A stretch of DNA of 64,000 nt from an uncultured Candidatus Rokubacteria bacterium (lineage in GTDB: Bacteria > Methylomirabilota > Methylomirabilia > Rokubacteriales > CSP1-6), in NCBI GenBank assembly GCA_963754315.1, contig CAVWFS010000010.1, positions 1 through 64,000 of the forward strand, in the 5' to 3' direction. Under the pieces are notes generated by a model. It was given only the letters and a program-made list of their open reading frames with translations. It searched no databases and was not told the origin of the DNA. The position numbers and the translations under genes are program-made. The stretch's first letter is position 1; the number at the start of each line of letters is the position of its first letter. Shown in pieces: positions 51,785 through 61,533 of this stretch.

Positions 51785-52267
51785 ATGGACGGATCGCCGG
51801 ACAAGCTCGCGGCGCTGGTGGACGTCGTGCGAGCCCTGGACCGCCTGGATGCCCAGCATGCCCTGGTCGGGGGTGTGGCCGTGGGCATACGATCGGGCGT
51901 GCCCCGGGCGACGCTCGACACCGACATCGCGGTCGACTCTACTGTCTCCCCAGAATCAGTCCGCGACACCCTCACCGGCGCCGGGTTCTCACTGACCGGA
52001 TCTTTCACGCACAGCATGGATTTCCGACACCACTCGGGTGAACCCGTCCAGATCGTCTTCGATCCCGCGTTCGATCCGATGATCGAGCGCGCTGAGCCGC
52101 TGGAGGTAACCGGGGTGCGGGTGCGCGTGGTGACGACGGCCGACCTCATCGCCATGAAGGAGCGCGCGGCCGCTGATCCGGCCCAGCGCCCCAGCAAAGC
52201 CCTGCGCGACAAGGCCGACATCGCGCTTCTGCGGGGAGACGTCCCCGATCCCGACGAAGGCTGGTAG
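51785..52267 (+). CDS. Nucleotidyltransferase-family protein (AbiEii/DUF6036-like)
   Basis: LVGGVAV..PRATLDTDI, DLIAMK, RDKADIALL. Confidence 0.75.
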   Translation: MDGSPDKLAALVDVVRALDRLDAQHALVGGVAVGIRSGVPRATLDTDIAVDSTVSPESVRDTLTGAGFSLTGSFTHSMDFRHHSGEPVQIVFDPAFDPMIERAEPLEVTGVRVRVVTTADLIAMKERAAADPAQRPSKALRDKADIALLRGDVPDPDEGW

Positions 52268-52291
52268 CCCCCCCGGAGATCGGACGACGCT

Positions 52292-52958
52292 ATGAAGGCG
52301 ACAGGGTGCCGACTCTACGTCATCACGCCGGAGCGATTCGATCTCCACGTCTTCCCTTCTTTGCTGGCGCAGGCGCTCGACGCGGGTGAAATCGCGGCCG
52401 TTCAGCTCCGACTGAAGAACGTCGATGATGACACCTGGAAGCGTGCGATCGAGACACTCCGCCCGATATGCCAGACGCGAGACGTGACGTTCCTGCTCAA
52501 CGACCGTGCCGACCTCGTGGAGGCCACAGGATCCGACGGCGCCCACGTCGGGCAGGAGGACATGCCGGCGCCGGACGCGCGACGGCTCATGGGGCCCCGG
52601 TCGCACGCTCGGCGTCACGTGCAAGTCCTCCCGTGACCTCGCCGACCGCGCCATTGCGGAGGGCGCCGACTACGTGGCCTTCGGTGCCTTCTTTCCGTCC
52701 ACGTCCAAACAGGTGACGAACGTCGCCGATGCCGAGATCCTGCGCTGGTGGGCGCAGCATCGGAAGGTGCCCTCATGTGCCATCGGCGGCATCACCGCCG
52801 CCAATCTCGGCCCCCTGGTGCGAGCGGGGGCGAATCTGCTCGCCATCATCGGCGGTGTGTGGAACCACCCCGAGGGTCCGGCGGCCGGCGTACGGGCCAT
52901 CAATGCGGCCATCAAGGCCGCCATGGATGACGGGAAGACTGGAGGAAGCGGCGCATGA
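52292..52958 (+). CDS. thiE: Thiamine-phosphate synthase, frameshift near 52595
   Basis: LYVIT, VQLRLK, LNDRAD, GAHVGQED, GADYVAFGAFFPSTSK, AIGGIT. Confidence 0.9.
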
Positions 52959-53710
52959 CGAGCCCCACGACTGCCTGCGCGTGCCACCACAATCTCGGTA
53001 TCGAGTCCACCGCTGTTGGCGATGACGTCATCGAGAAGCTGAAAGGGGTGAGCATACCGACGATCAGCCAGATCCTTCGGCGGCTCGGCTATCACAACAC
53101 CTTCCTGCGAGGTCTGGTCCCCAGAACGCACGCTCAGGGTCTCGTCGGCCGTGCCCTCACCGGACGAGCCCTGCCCACCCGGGAGGATGTGGCCAAGACG
53201 CAGTCCGGCCCCGCCTCCCTGCACCGTCGCGCCTTCGAAACCATCAGCGCTGGAGATGTTCTCGTCATCGACGCGCGTGGGGATACCGGCGCGCGGGTGA
53301 CCGGTGACATCCTGGCCACCCGCCTGAAGTACCGCGGTGCCGCCGGGCTGGTCACCGACGGGGCGATCGGCGACCTGGCGGCGATGCAAGAGGTCGGCTT
53401 GGCCGTCTATTCGAAAGGACTGACCCCGGTGAGTTTCGGCGAGCTACACGTCATGGCCGACCTGAACGTCCCCATCTCCTGCGCCGGCGTGCTCGTCATG
53501 CCTGGCGACGTGTTGGTCGCCGATTCAGAAGGAGTGGTGGCCATTCCCCAGGCGGTGGCCGCCGAGGTGGCCGAGGCTGGCCTCGAGGCGGAGCGCCGCG
53601 ATGCCTTTTCACGCAGCAAGGTCGGAGCCGGCCACGCGCTCGCCGAAGCCTATCCGTTGAGCGAGTCGCTGCGAGCCGAATACGAGGCGGCCAAGGCGCG
53701 GAAGCGCTAG
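52955..53710 (+). CDS. RraA-like / HMG aldolase family protein
   Basis: GDVLVID, GDILATR..GLVTDG, PGDVLVAD.EGVV; ATGA overlap with thiE. Confidence 0.85.
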   Translation: MTSPTTACACHHNLGIESTAVGDDVIEKLKGVSIPTISQILRRLGYHNTFLRGLVPRTHAQGLVGRALTGRALPTREDVAKTQSGPASLHRRAFETISAGDVLVIDARGDTGARVTGDILATRLKYRGAAGLVTDGAIGDLAAMQEVGLAVYSKGLTPVSFGELHVMADLNVPISCAGVLVMPGDVLVADSEGVVAIPQAVAAEVAEAGLEAERRDAFSRSKVGAGHALAEAYPLSESLRAEYEAAKARKR

Positions 53711-54048
53711 CCGCTCGGGGTCGCCTTGTGCTCCTGCAGACACTGGAGCACCTGACCGCCATGGCTCCAGGCAGCACCAGCGGCCATCGCCATCGCCACG
53801 AATATGGTCTCGGCGATCTCAGTGTCGGAGGCACCCGCGCGGGCCGCCTTCTTCGTGTGGGCCTCGATGCACCACGGGCACTGGGTGATCTGGGCGATTG
53901 CCACCGCCATCAACTCCTTCATCTTGGCGGGAATGGCGCCGTCCTTGAACGCTTTCTGATCGAAGTCGAGAAAGGCGCGATAGGCCTCGGGGACCAGCTC
54001 GCGCATCTTCCTGAACTGGGTGCCCGTGTCGACGTTGTGGAACGGCAT
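53707..54048 (-). CDS. Carboxymuconolactone decarboxylase / AhpD-like protein
   Basis: KELMAVAIA..QCPWCIEAH; SD AAGGAGG. Confidence 0.9.
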   Translation of the reverse strand: MPFHNVDTGTQFRKMRELVPEAYRAFLDFDQKAFKDGAIPAKMKELMAVAIAQITQCPWCIEAHTKKAARAGASDTEIAETIFVAMAMAAGAAWSHGGQVLQCLQEHKATPSG

Positions 54049-54079
54049 GTCAGCCTCCTTTGCCCAGCCCGCGGTAACG

Positions 54080-55747
54080 CTACCGGTGCCCTTCGACCAC
54101 CACGTCGAGCAGATAGGGGTGGCCTGATTCGAGCGCGCGTGAAAACGCCGGACCAAGGTCGCCCGGCCGCGTGACGCGGGCGGCGGCCACTCCCAAGCCC
54201 TGGGCGATGTCAAGGAACGAGAGCTCGGGTTGCGTGAGGTCCATGTGAGAGTACGGGCGGCCCTCGCCCTTGACCCCGAAGCGCTGTCGGTAAGCGTCCA
54301 TGTTGTGCTTCAGGATGCGGTACTCGCGGTTGTTGAGGATGACGAAGACCACGGCCAGGTCGTGGTGAGCCGCCGTCCACAGGGCTTGCACGCTGTACAT
54401 GGCGGAACCATCCCCGGAAAGCGCGATGACGGGCCGGCGCGGATGTGCGAGCTTCACGCCGAGGGCTCCCGGCAGCGCCTGTCCAATGCCGCCGCCGCGA
54501 GCGCCGAAGTAGTCGCTCGGACGTTCGAAGGCCAGGACCCGCGCCAGCTCGATACTGGCGGTGATCGACTCGTCGACCACGATGGCGTCCGCTGGCAGGA
54601 CTCGCTCGACCTCGGCCATCAGCCGTGGGATGGACATGGGCTCGTCATCCCATCGCTTGGCCGCGCGCGCACGAAGGGCGGCTCCTTCGCGCGCCTTCTG
54701 TGCCTCGAGAGCGGAGCGCCTGTCGGCAGCCGCCTCACGGAACGCGGCCCCTGCCTTGTCCGCGAGAGCGGCGCGCAGCGCGCGCAGCCCGGCCGCGGGC
54801 GTGGCGAGGAGACCGACTCTGACAGGAAAGTTCGGAGCTAGACGTTCGGCCGAGCTCTCGATCTGGATTACAGCGGTGTCGGGTTCGAAGGGCAAGCCGG
54901 GCGCGAACCATACCTCCTCGAAGAATGGGCCTCCTAGCAGGAGAACGGTGTCCGCCCCGTCGAGCGCCTTTCGGATGGCGGCAGTATCGAAGGGAAGCGG
55001 CCCGCGGTAGGCCGGGTGTGTCGATGGGAAGACGGAGTGCTGGCGCAGACCCTCGACCCACACGGGAGCCCCGAGCAAATCGGCCAGCGCGACCAGCTCG
55101 GCCGGCCCGTCGCCTCGCGCGACATCATCCCCGGCGACGATGGCTGGCCGCCGGCTGCCGAGGAGCAGCGCGGCAGCGGCGGCCACGCCTGCAGGGTCAG
55201 GATCATGATCCAAGTAGAGTGCGGCGGGCGGTAGCGCGAGCTGCTCGGTCTCCTGCTCGAGCACGTCGATGGGCAGCGCGACGAAAACGGGTCCGCTCGG
55301 CGGGTCGTGGGCGATCTTGAAGGCGCGGCGGAGGATGTGAGCCAGCTCGTCGGCGCGCTCCACCTGGACGCTCCACTTCGTGAGCGGTGCCGCCATGGCG
55401 ACAAGGTCGTGTCCGAGGAGCGGCGCGCGCAGGCGCAGCCGTGTGTCCTGCTGTCCGGCGGTGACGACGAGCGGGGAGCCCGCCTTGAGGGCGTCGTAGA
55501 GCATGCCGAGCGCGTTGCCGAGCCCCGGCGCGACGTGGACGTTCACCACGCCCGTGCGCCCGGTGGCCTGGGCGTAATAGCTGGCCGCCCCGACGGCCAC
55601 GCCCTCGTGCAAGGTCAGGATGTAGCGGATCTGCGGATAGGCCTCGAGGCTGTCGATGATCGGGCTCTCGGTGGTGCCGGGATTACCGAACAAGAGCTCC
55701 ACCCCGTGTCCGACCAGGGTCTCCATCAGGACCTGTCTGCCGTGCAT
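54080..55747 (-). CDS. ThDP-dependent decarboxylase (benzoylformate decarboxylase-like)
   Basis: FGNPGTTE, LHE, GDGSAMY..NN. Confidence 0.9.
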   Translation of the reverse strand: MHGRQVLMETLVGHGVELLFGNPGTTESPIIDSLEAYPQIRYILTLHEGVAVGAASYYAQATGRTGVVNVHVAPGLGNALGMLYDALKAGSPLVVTAGQQDTRLRLRAPLLGHDLVAMAAPLTKWSVQVERADELAHILRRAFKIAHDPPSGPVFVALPIDVLEQETEQLALPPAALYLDHDPDPAGVAAAAALLLGSRRPAIVAGDDVARGDGPAELVALADLLGAPVWVEGLRQHSVFPSTHPAYRGPLPFDTAAIRKALDGADTVLLLGGPFFEEVWFAPGLPFEPDTAVIQIESSAERLAPNFPVRVGLLATPAAGLRALRAALADKAGAAFREAAADRRSALEAQKAREGAALRARAAKRWDDEPMSIPRLMAEVERVLPADAIVVDESITASIELARVLAFERPSDYFGARGGGIGQALPGALGVKLAHPRRPVIALSGDGSAMYSVQALWTAAHHDLAVVFVILNNREYRILKHNMDAYRQRFGVKGEGRPYSHMDLTQPELSFLDIAQGLGVAAARVTRPGDLGPAFSRALESGHPYLLDVVVEGHR

Positions 55748-55907
55748 GCTGGACTCCTTGTCGTGGAATCTACCATGCCCGAGTCGGCGTCCCGGTCGCG
55801 ATCGAGCGCCGCAGTCGGCGCGCCCGTTTTCGCGGAAGGAGCGGCGCACGAACGGCACCGCGCCCAACGCAGGGCCCGCAGTATCCTATGGTTCCCTGGA
55901 GGGTGCC

Positions 55908-58397
55908 ATGGTCGTCGTGATCCGGCTCGCCGTGCTTGCTCTCGTCCTCTCCGTCGGCGCCGTGGCGGAAGGCGCCATCGACTGTCGCGGAACCACGCCG
56001 TTGCCCGACGATCTCACGCTCGTGGCGCCGGCCGCCGACGTTCCCGAGAACCTGGCGCGGTTCGCCGGCGCCTGGACAGGGGCCTGGCGCGACGCGAAGG
56101 GCAACGAGGCGTTGTGCACCACCCTCGTCGTGGAGGAGGTTCTCGCCAACGGCTACGCGCGCGTGGTGTACAGCGTCGGCGTGTCGGAGGCGTTGGGGGT
56201 CAGGATTCCGGGCTACTGGCGCGCTGGGGGACGGATCGCCGAGGGCGTGCTGCGTTTCCGGTTGCCGACGATCGACCGCGGGGCGCTCGCCTACCGCTTC
56301 GACGGCGCCGATCTCACAGGCACCTATAGCGACGAGGGCGCAGTGAGGCTCGGCCGGATCGCCGACGTAGCGACGATGCGATGCGGTCGGCCGTCGCGGG
56401 CAGCTCCCGGCCCGCCCGCGGCCGGCCTGCGTGATCAGATCACCGCCGGCGAGTTGCTCGCCCCTACGCTCTCGAGCGGGGGCCCCGTCCACAACGACTA
56501 CTTCATGCCTATCGGCGCCCCCGCGCCGGCCAAGCACACGCTGCGCGGGACGTTGACGGTCCCCGCGTCCTCGGTTGCCGCCGCGCGCGACGGGTGCGCT
56601 GCGATCCCATGGGCAACTCCCGCTGGCTCGATAGCCTTTTTCACCCATGGCGAGTATCTGGTGCCGGTGGTGCGCGACTTCGTCCCGCCAGGGGGGGCAT
56701 TGCTCGTCTCCCCCGGCCGCGTGTGGTCCGAGCCGGGCGACGGCGGGATGTCGCGCGCATCGTTCCCATTTGCCCTGGTCAACCAGATCAACAACGCCAC
56801 CCACAATGGGATCGCGACCTTCCTCTTCGACGACACCCGCGTCTCCGCGCTGCGCCTTCAGGTCATCCAGGAGACGGCGGCATGGGCGAAAGTCGATCTG
56901 TGGGGCCAAATCCCCATGACGTACGCGCCGGGGCCCCTCGCCGACGAAACTGCCCTGCGCGCACAGTTCGCCGACGAGCTCCGGCTTCAGACGCCGATCC
57001 GCCCGTGGTCAGCCCTTCCCGCGTCCCCGGCGCTGGCCGCCTTCGACGGCGACGCCGTGGCGGCCGACATCAGCGCCAACGGTCTCGTCGTGGAGGGCGT
57101 GCTCTACCTCCGCGGCTGTCACACGCGGTACGGCCCCTTTCCCTACTGCCGCGAGATGCGGCATGGCGTCTTCTCGGTCACCAAATCGGCAGCGGGCGCG
57201 GTTGCGCTGCTCCGGCTGGCCCAGAAGTACGGCGATGGCGTGCTGGCCGAAAGGCTCGTCGACTATCTGCCGGCCGGTCTGGCCCACGCCGGCTGGGACC
57301 GTGTCACCTTCGCGGATGCCCTGGACATGGCGACGGGTATCGGGGACGAGGGCCGCGAGCGTGATGGCGGCGTCGCTCCCGACGAGAATCGCCCGAGAAT
57401 GATCCGCTGGATACGCCTCAAGACGGCTCGCGAGAAGCTCGAGGCCGCGCTCGCCTACGGTACCTATCCGTGGGGTCCGGGTCAGGTGCTCCGCTACAAC
57501 AGCACGCAGACGTTCGTGCTGGCCGTCGCCCTCGACACCTACCTCAAAGGTCGCGAGGGCCCGAACGCGCATCTGTGGGACATGGTGCGCACCGAGGTGT
57601 ACCGGCCGATCGGCATCGTCCATGCGCCGGCCATGCACACGATCGAGCCGGACGGGAGTCGCGGGGTACCGCTCCTCGCCTACGGGCTCTATCTCACCGT
57701 CGACGACGTGGCCAAGATCACAACCCTGCTCCAGAACGGCGGCCGCCACGGGGGCACGCAGCTTCTGAGCGCGACCAAGCTGGCGGAGGTGCTGTACCGG
57801 AGCGGCGCCACGGTGGGGCTCCCGAACCCAGGATTGCGGAACCGCTTCGGCGAGGGCCGCTATCACCTCTCGTTCTGGTCGGTGCCGTATCGGACGAGCT
57901 CCGGGTGCTTCTTCCAGATCCCCTACATGGCGGGGCTCGGCGGCAACCTGGTGGCGCTGCTGCCGAACGGTGTGTCGGTCTTCCGATTTGCCGACGGGAT
58001 GAACTACGACCTTGACGCGATGATCCTGGCCGGCGAGTCGATCCGGCCGTTCTGCCCTCCGCCGGCGACGGCCGGGGCCCCTGATTCAGCGCGGATCCCT
58101 CTCACCGCGAGCGAGCTGGCCACCGAGATCCCCGGACATACGTTCGCCTTTGGGGCGCAGCGCCTGTTCTTCGCTTCCGACGGCCGGCTCTACGGCGCCG
58201 TGCTCAGGGACGACGCGGACCTCGGTCGTTGGACGATCAGGGCGGACGCGCGCGTCTGCCGTGCCTGGACGAAGTGGGACAGCGCGCTCCCCCGGTGCTT
58301 CGCGATCTACCGCGACGGCGAGGCCTACGTCTTCGAAATACCCGAGCGGTTCAATCGCGTGGTGGGACGGCGGACGCCGGGCGGCCTCGAACCGTGA
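55908..58397 (+). CDS. Secreted multidomain serine hydrolase (beta-lactamase class C fold)
   Basis: Signal peptide; SVTK (SxxK), YNS; extra N- and C-terminal domains. Confidence 0.8.
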   Translation: MVVVIRLAVLALVLSVGAVAEGAIDCRGTTPLPDDLTLVAPAADVPENLARFAGAWTGAWRDAKGNEALCTTLVVEEVLANGYARVVYSVGVSEALGVRIPGYWRAGGRIAEGVLRFRLPTIDRGALAYRFDGADLTGTYSDEGAVRLGRIADVATMRCGRPSRAAPGPPAAGLRDQITAGELLAPTLSSGGPVHNDYFMPIGAPAPAKHTLRGTLTVPASSVAAARDGCAAIPWATPAGSIAFFTHGEYLVPVVRDFVPPGGALLVSPGRVWSEPGDGGMSRASFPFALVNQINNATHNGIATFLFDDTRVSALRLQVIQETAAWAKVDLWGQIPMTYAPGPLADETALRAQFADELRLQTPIRPWSALPASPALAAFDGDAVAADISANGLVVEGVLYLRGCHTRYGPFPYCREMRHGVFSVTKSAAGAVALLRLAQKYGDGVLAERLVDYLPAGLAHAGWDRVTFADALDMATGIGDEGRERDGGVAPDENRPRMIRWIRLKTAREKLEAALAYGTYPWGPGQVLRYNSTQTFVLAVALDTYLKGREGPNAHLWDMVRTEVYRPIGIVHAPAMHTIEPDGSRGVPLLAYGLYLTVDDVAKITTLLQNGGRHGGTQLLSATKLAEVLYRSGATVGLPNPGLRNRFGEGRYHLSFWSVPYRTSSGCFFQIPYMAGLGGNLVALLPNGVSVFRFADGMNYDLDAMILAGESIRPFCPPPATAGAPDSARIPLTASELATEIPGHTFAFGAQRLFFASDGRLYGAVLRDDADLGRWTIRADARVCRAWTKWDSALPRCFAIYRDGEAYVFEIPERFNRVVGRRTPGGLEP

Positions 58398-58423
58398 TGC
58401 ATTCGAGGTCCGGCCTCGATGCG

Positions 58424-59329
58424 TCAATCGCGTAGGTGGGGCACGACTCGTTGGGCGATGTCCGCCATGAGGGTGGTGATGCTGGTGATGTCTCCCGAGT
58501 TGAGCGCAAGCACGATGTGGTCCACGCCCACGCGCTGGTAGGCCCGAATACCCGCGATCATCTGATCGGCATTGTCTCCCGGCAGTCGCGCGCGAGCCGC
58601 CGCGCGCTGGCTGGAGGCCTTGCCGCCCACTTCCACTTCCACCCGCATGGACATGATCAGCGCATCCGGGTTCCGTCCCGCCTCCGCGGCCAGCTTTCGC
58701 ACTTCCTCGCGTCCCGTTCGAAATTCCTCCGGCGATAACCCGGTGGGATGCCAACCATTGCCGATGGTGGCCGCTCGCCTGAGGGCTCCTGGACTCGAAC
58801 CGCCGACCCAGAGCGGGATGGTCGGCTGCTGCGCTGGCTTCGGAGCGAACTTGAAGCCGGCCAGATTCCATCGCGGGCTCTTGTAGTGGGGATCGGGATT
58901 GGTCCAGAGCTCCTTCATGATCTCCATGGACTCGTTCGTGAGCGCCCCGCGCTGACCGAAGGGAACACCAAGCGCGTCGAACTCCTCCCGCATGGCGCCT
59001 GCCCCGACGCCCAGGATCAGCCGCCCACCGGAGATCTGATCCAACGTCGCGGCGTACTTGGCCAGCTCCACGGGGTTGTGATACGGCAATACCATGACCG
59101 AGGTCCCGAGCCTCACTCGACGGGTGGTGGCCGCCAGATAAGACAAGGTGGCCAGCGGATGGTAGTACGGCTTGTCGTCGAGCCTCTCCCGGATGTAGCC
59201 GCTGTTCAGCAGATGATCCATGACCCAGATGGAGTCGTAGCCCAGCGCTTCGGCCAGTGGCCCCATGGCCAATACTGAGAGCGGCTCCGCGATACCCCAG
59301 TTATTCGGAATGGTCACGCCTATGTGCAT
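58424..59329 (-). CDS. LLM-class (probably F420-dependent) oxidoreductase
   Basis: GYDSIWVMDH, LGTSV, LDQISGGRLILGVGAG, PKPAQ. Confidence 0.9.
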   Translation of the reverse strand: MHIGVTIPNNWGIAEPLSVLAMGPLAEALGYDSIWVMDHLLNSGYIRERLDDKPYYHPLATLSYLAATTRRVRLGTSVMVLPYHNPVELAKYAATLDQISGGRLILGVGAGAMREEFDALGVPFGQRGALTNESMEIMKELWTNPDPHYKSPRWNLAGFKFAPKPAQQPTIPLWVGGSSPGALRRAATIGNGWHPTGLSPEEFRTGREEVRKLAAEAGRNPDALIMSMRVEVEVGGKASSQRAAARARLPGDNADQMIAGIRAYQRVGVDHIVLALNSGDITSITTLMADIAQRVVPHLRD

Positions 59330-59478
59330 GAGCGTTGTCCCATTTCTCCTCGCAGGCTTGGTCTCGTCGAGAGCATACCGCCGATTGAACGTTCGGCTTA
59401 CAAGGGCTCGACGCCTTGGTGTAGCGACGCTCGAAGCGCAGTTGTGCAGAGGCCTCAAACCAGGCTCATAGCGGCAGA

Positions 59479-59786
59479 CTACGGCGGATGTCGAGTCCTC
59501 GACCGATCCTGCAGGTCTTGCTCCACCGAGAGTGCGGCAATGCGTCGCTTGATCAGCGCCTTTGGGATGGTGGCAATGTCGTCGAGGTATGACCACACCA
59601 GCGGGAGGGCAAGCCATCGTTCTGATCGAGCGAGACTTCGACCGGGATATTTCTGATGGTTCGGGTGACGGGCGCAACCGTGACCGCCAGCCTCACCTGA
59701 TACGCGGAATCGCGGCTCAGAAGCACCACCGGCCGTTGTCCGATGGGCGGAGGAAGCTGACCCCACCACACCTCGCCACGCCTCAT
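59479..59786 (-). CDS. mazF: MazF/PemK toxin, frameshifted near 59600
   Basis: MRRGEVWW..QRPVVLLSRD..VTVAPVTRTIRNIPVEV; LDDIATIPK lies in another frame. Confidence 0.85.
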
Positions 59787-60050
59787 CTACCACTTTTCCC
59801 GCGGCAGCACCCTGGAAAGAAGCCGGGTGGTGGTCTTGACCCAGGCCGTGTCCTCCGGTTTTCGGCGATAGCCATCGACGTACCGACGATCGAGTCGACC
59901 TTCGTCTAGGGCCTTGAGCCTCAACCGGCATGCATCCCGGATGAACGCGGCGCGGCTCTCGGCCACTCGGCCCACAGTCGCATCAATACGCATGAGAAGT
60001 TCGTCCTCGATCGGCACCTGAATGATTTTCTTGGTCGCGCGCTGGGCCAT
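59787..60050 (-). CDS. Ribbon-helix-helix antitoxin
   Basis: KIIQVPIEDELLMRID..SRAAFIRDAC; stop codon abuts the mazF start. Confidence 0.85.
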   Translation of the reverse strand: MAQRATKKIIQVPIEDELLMRIDATVGRVAESRAAFIRDACRLRLKALDEGRLDRRYVDGYRRKPEDTAWVKTTTRLLSRVLPREKW

Positions 60051-60059
60051 CCCCTGGCT

Positions 60060-60106
60060 CCACACCGTTATGTGGATTCGATACCACATGAGAATAGCGA
60101 TGTCAA
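60060..60106 (-). promoter_or_regulatory. Sigma70 promoter and operator of the RHH-mazF operon
   Basis: TTGACA-N17-TATCGA, overlapped by inverted repeat ATGTGG-N8-CCACAT; a second CCACA/TGTGG pair lies downstream. Confidence 0.7.
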
Positions 60107-60201
60107 AAGGAGGAAAGATCGAACGGGCATGGCCTCGCGAAGCCAGGGCCAATCTGGCCCCTCTGCTTCCATTGACATGCTCGGAGCCTTCCGATAGCCT
60201 C

Positions 60202-60391
60202 ACCGCCGCCGGTTCTTCGCGGTGCGATGGCGACGGTGGCGACCACCGCCATCGCTGACCCCCCAACGTCATTGCGCAGCCGAAGGTCGGCGACTCTCAT
60301 TCTGGGGGCCGCGCTCGAGCGGGAAGTGATCGAGCAAGGCCCGTGGGACCACGTCGCGGAAGGAGCCCATCATCAGTTCGTCGCGGTGTGA
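60202..60391 (+). pseudogene. Collapsed third dctP paralogue
   Basis: RRRFF..NVIAQPKV, then AALER.VI, then GPWDHVAEGAHHQFVAV*, matching the start, middle and end of the next two genes. Confidence 0.8.
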
Positions 60392-60404
60392 GGAGGCCAG
60401 CCCG

Positions 60405-61521
60405 ATGACCGAACGACGCAGGTTCATGGTGACGGCAGGGGGAGCGATGGCCGCGGCGGCAACCGCCGCCACCCTCGATGCTCCTTACGTCATCGCGCAG
60501 CCCAAGATCCAGTGGCGATTGTCCACGGCGTATCCTCCGGCGCTCGACGTGGTCAACGGCGCGGCCCATACGACTGGCGAAGATCGTGGAGGAGACGAGC
60601 GGTGGGCGGTTCCGGATCGAGGTCTTTCCGGGTGGCCAGATCATGCCACCGTTCGCCTGTTTCGACGCCGCCTCCCAGGGCACCATCGAGGCGTTCATAG
60701 GCACTCCGCAATACTGGAAGGCGCCTTGGAGCGCGGCTGCGGACAAGGAGCCCGCGATCGAGTGGTTCGCCACCATCCCCTTCGGCATGAACCCCGAGGG
60801 TATGGCCGCCTGGTTCCATCAGGGCGACGGGCTCAAGCTCTGGGAGGAGACCTACGCGACGTTCAACCTCGTGCCGCGCCCCGGGCCGGCCTTTGCCCCG
60901 CAGATGGCCGGATGGTTCCGGAAGAAGATCACGACGATCGGCGACGTCAAGGGGCTGAAGATGCGGATTCCGAACCTCGGCGGCAAGGTTTACGCCAAGG
61001 CGGGCGCCACCACGGTTCTGATCCCGGCGGCCGACATCTACGCGGCGCTCGAACGGGGCGTGATCGACGCCGCCGAGTGGGTCGGACCGCATGACGACTT
61101 GAAGCTGGGCCTCCACAATACCGCGCGGTACTACTATTATCCGGGCTGGCACGAGCCCGGCACGACGAACGAGTTCAGCTTCAACAAGAAGGCGTACGAG
61201 GCGCTTCCCGTCGACCTCAGACGCACGCTCGATCACGCCGTCACGGCGGTTCAGCTCTACGGCCTCACGGACTATCACGCGAAAAACGCGACCGCGCTCG
61301 AGCGGCTCCGCACGGAGTTCAAGGGCAAGGTCGAGGTGCTCCCGCTCCCGGTGCCGGTGCTGCGCGATCTGAGGAAGCTGACGGCCGAGGTGATGAAGGA
61401 AGAATCCGAGAAGACCCCGATGGCCAGGAAGGTGCACGCGTCGTTCACGAAGTTCCAGGCGCTGGTAGGTCCCTGGGACCGCGTCGCGGAGGGCGCCTAC
61501 CACCAGTTCGTCGCGGTGTGA
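60405..61521 (+). CDS. dctP: TRAP substrate-binding protein (TakP-like, Tat), frameshift near 60570
   Basis: ERRRF, QMAGWFRK, ALERGVIDAAEWVGPHDD, YYYPGWHEPG. Confidence 0.9.
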
Positions 61522-61533
61522 GGAGATAGCGAG

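Noticed and set aside
53707..54048. Second selenoprotein candidate (CMD/AhpD)
   Set aside because: Both positions of CPWC are ordinary Cys codons.
10477..57866. Long antisense ORFs such as 10477..11766, 45658..47934 and 57009..57866
   Set aside because: Typical high-GC shadow frames opposite well-supported genes.
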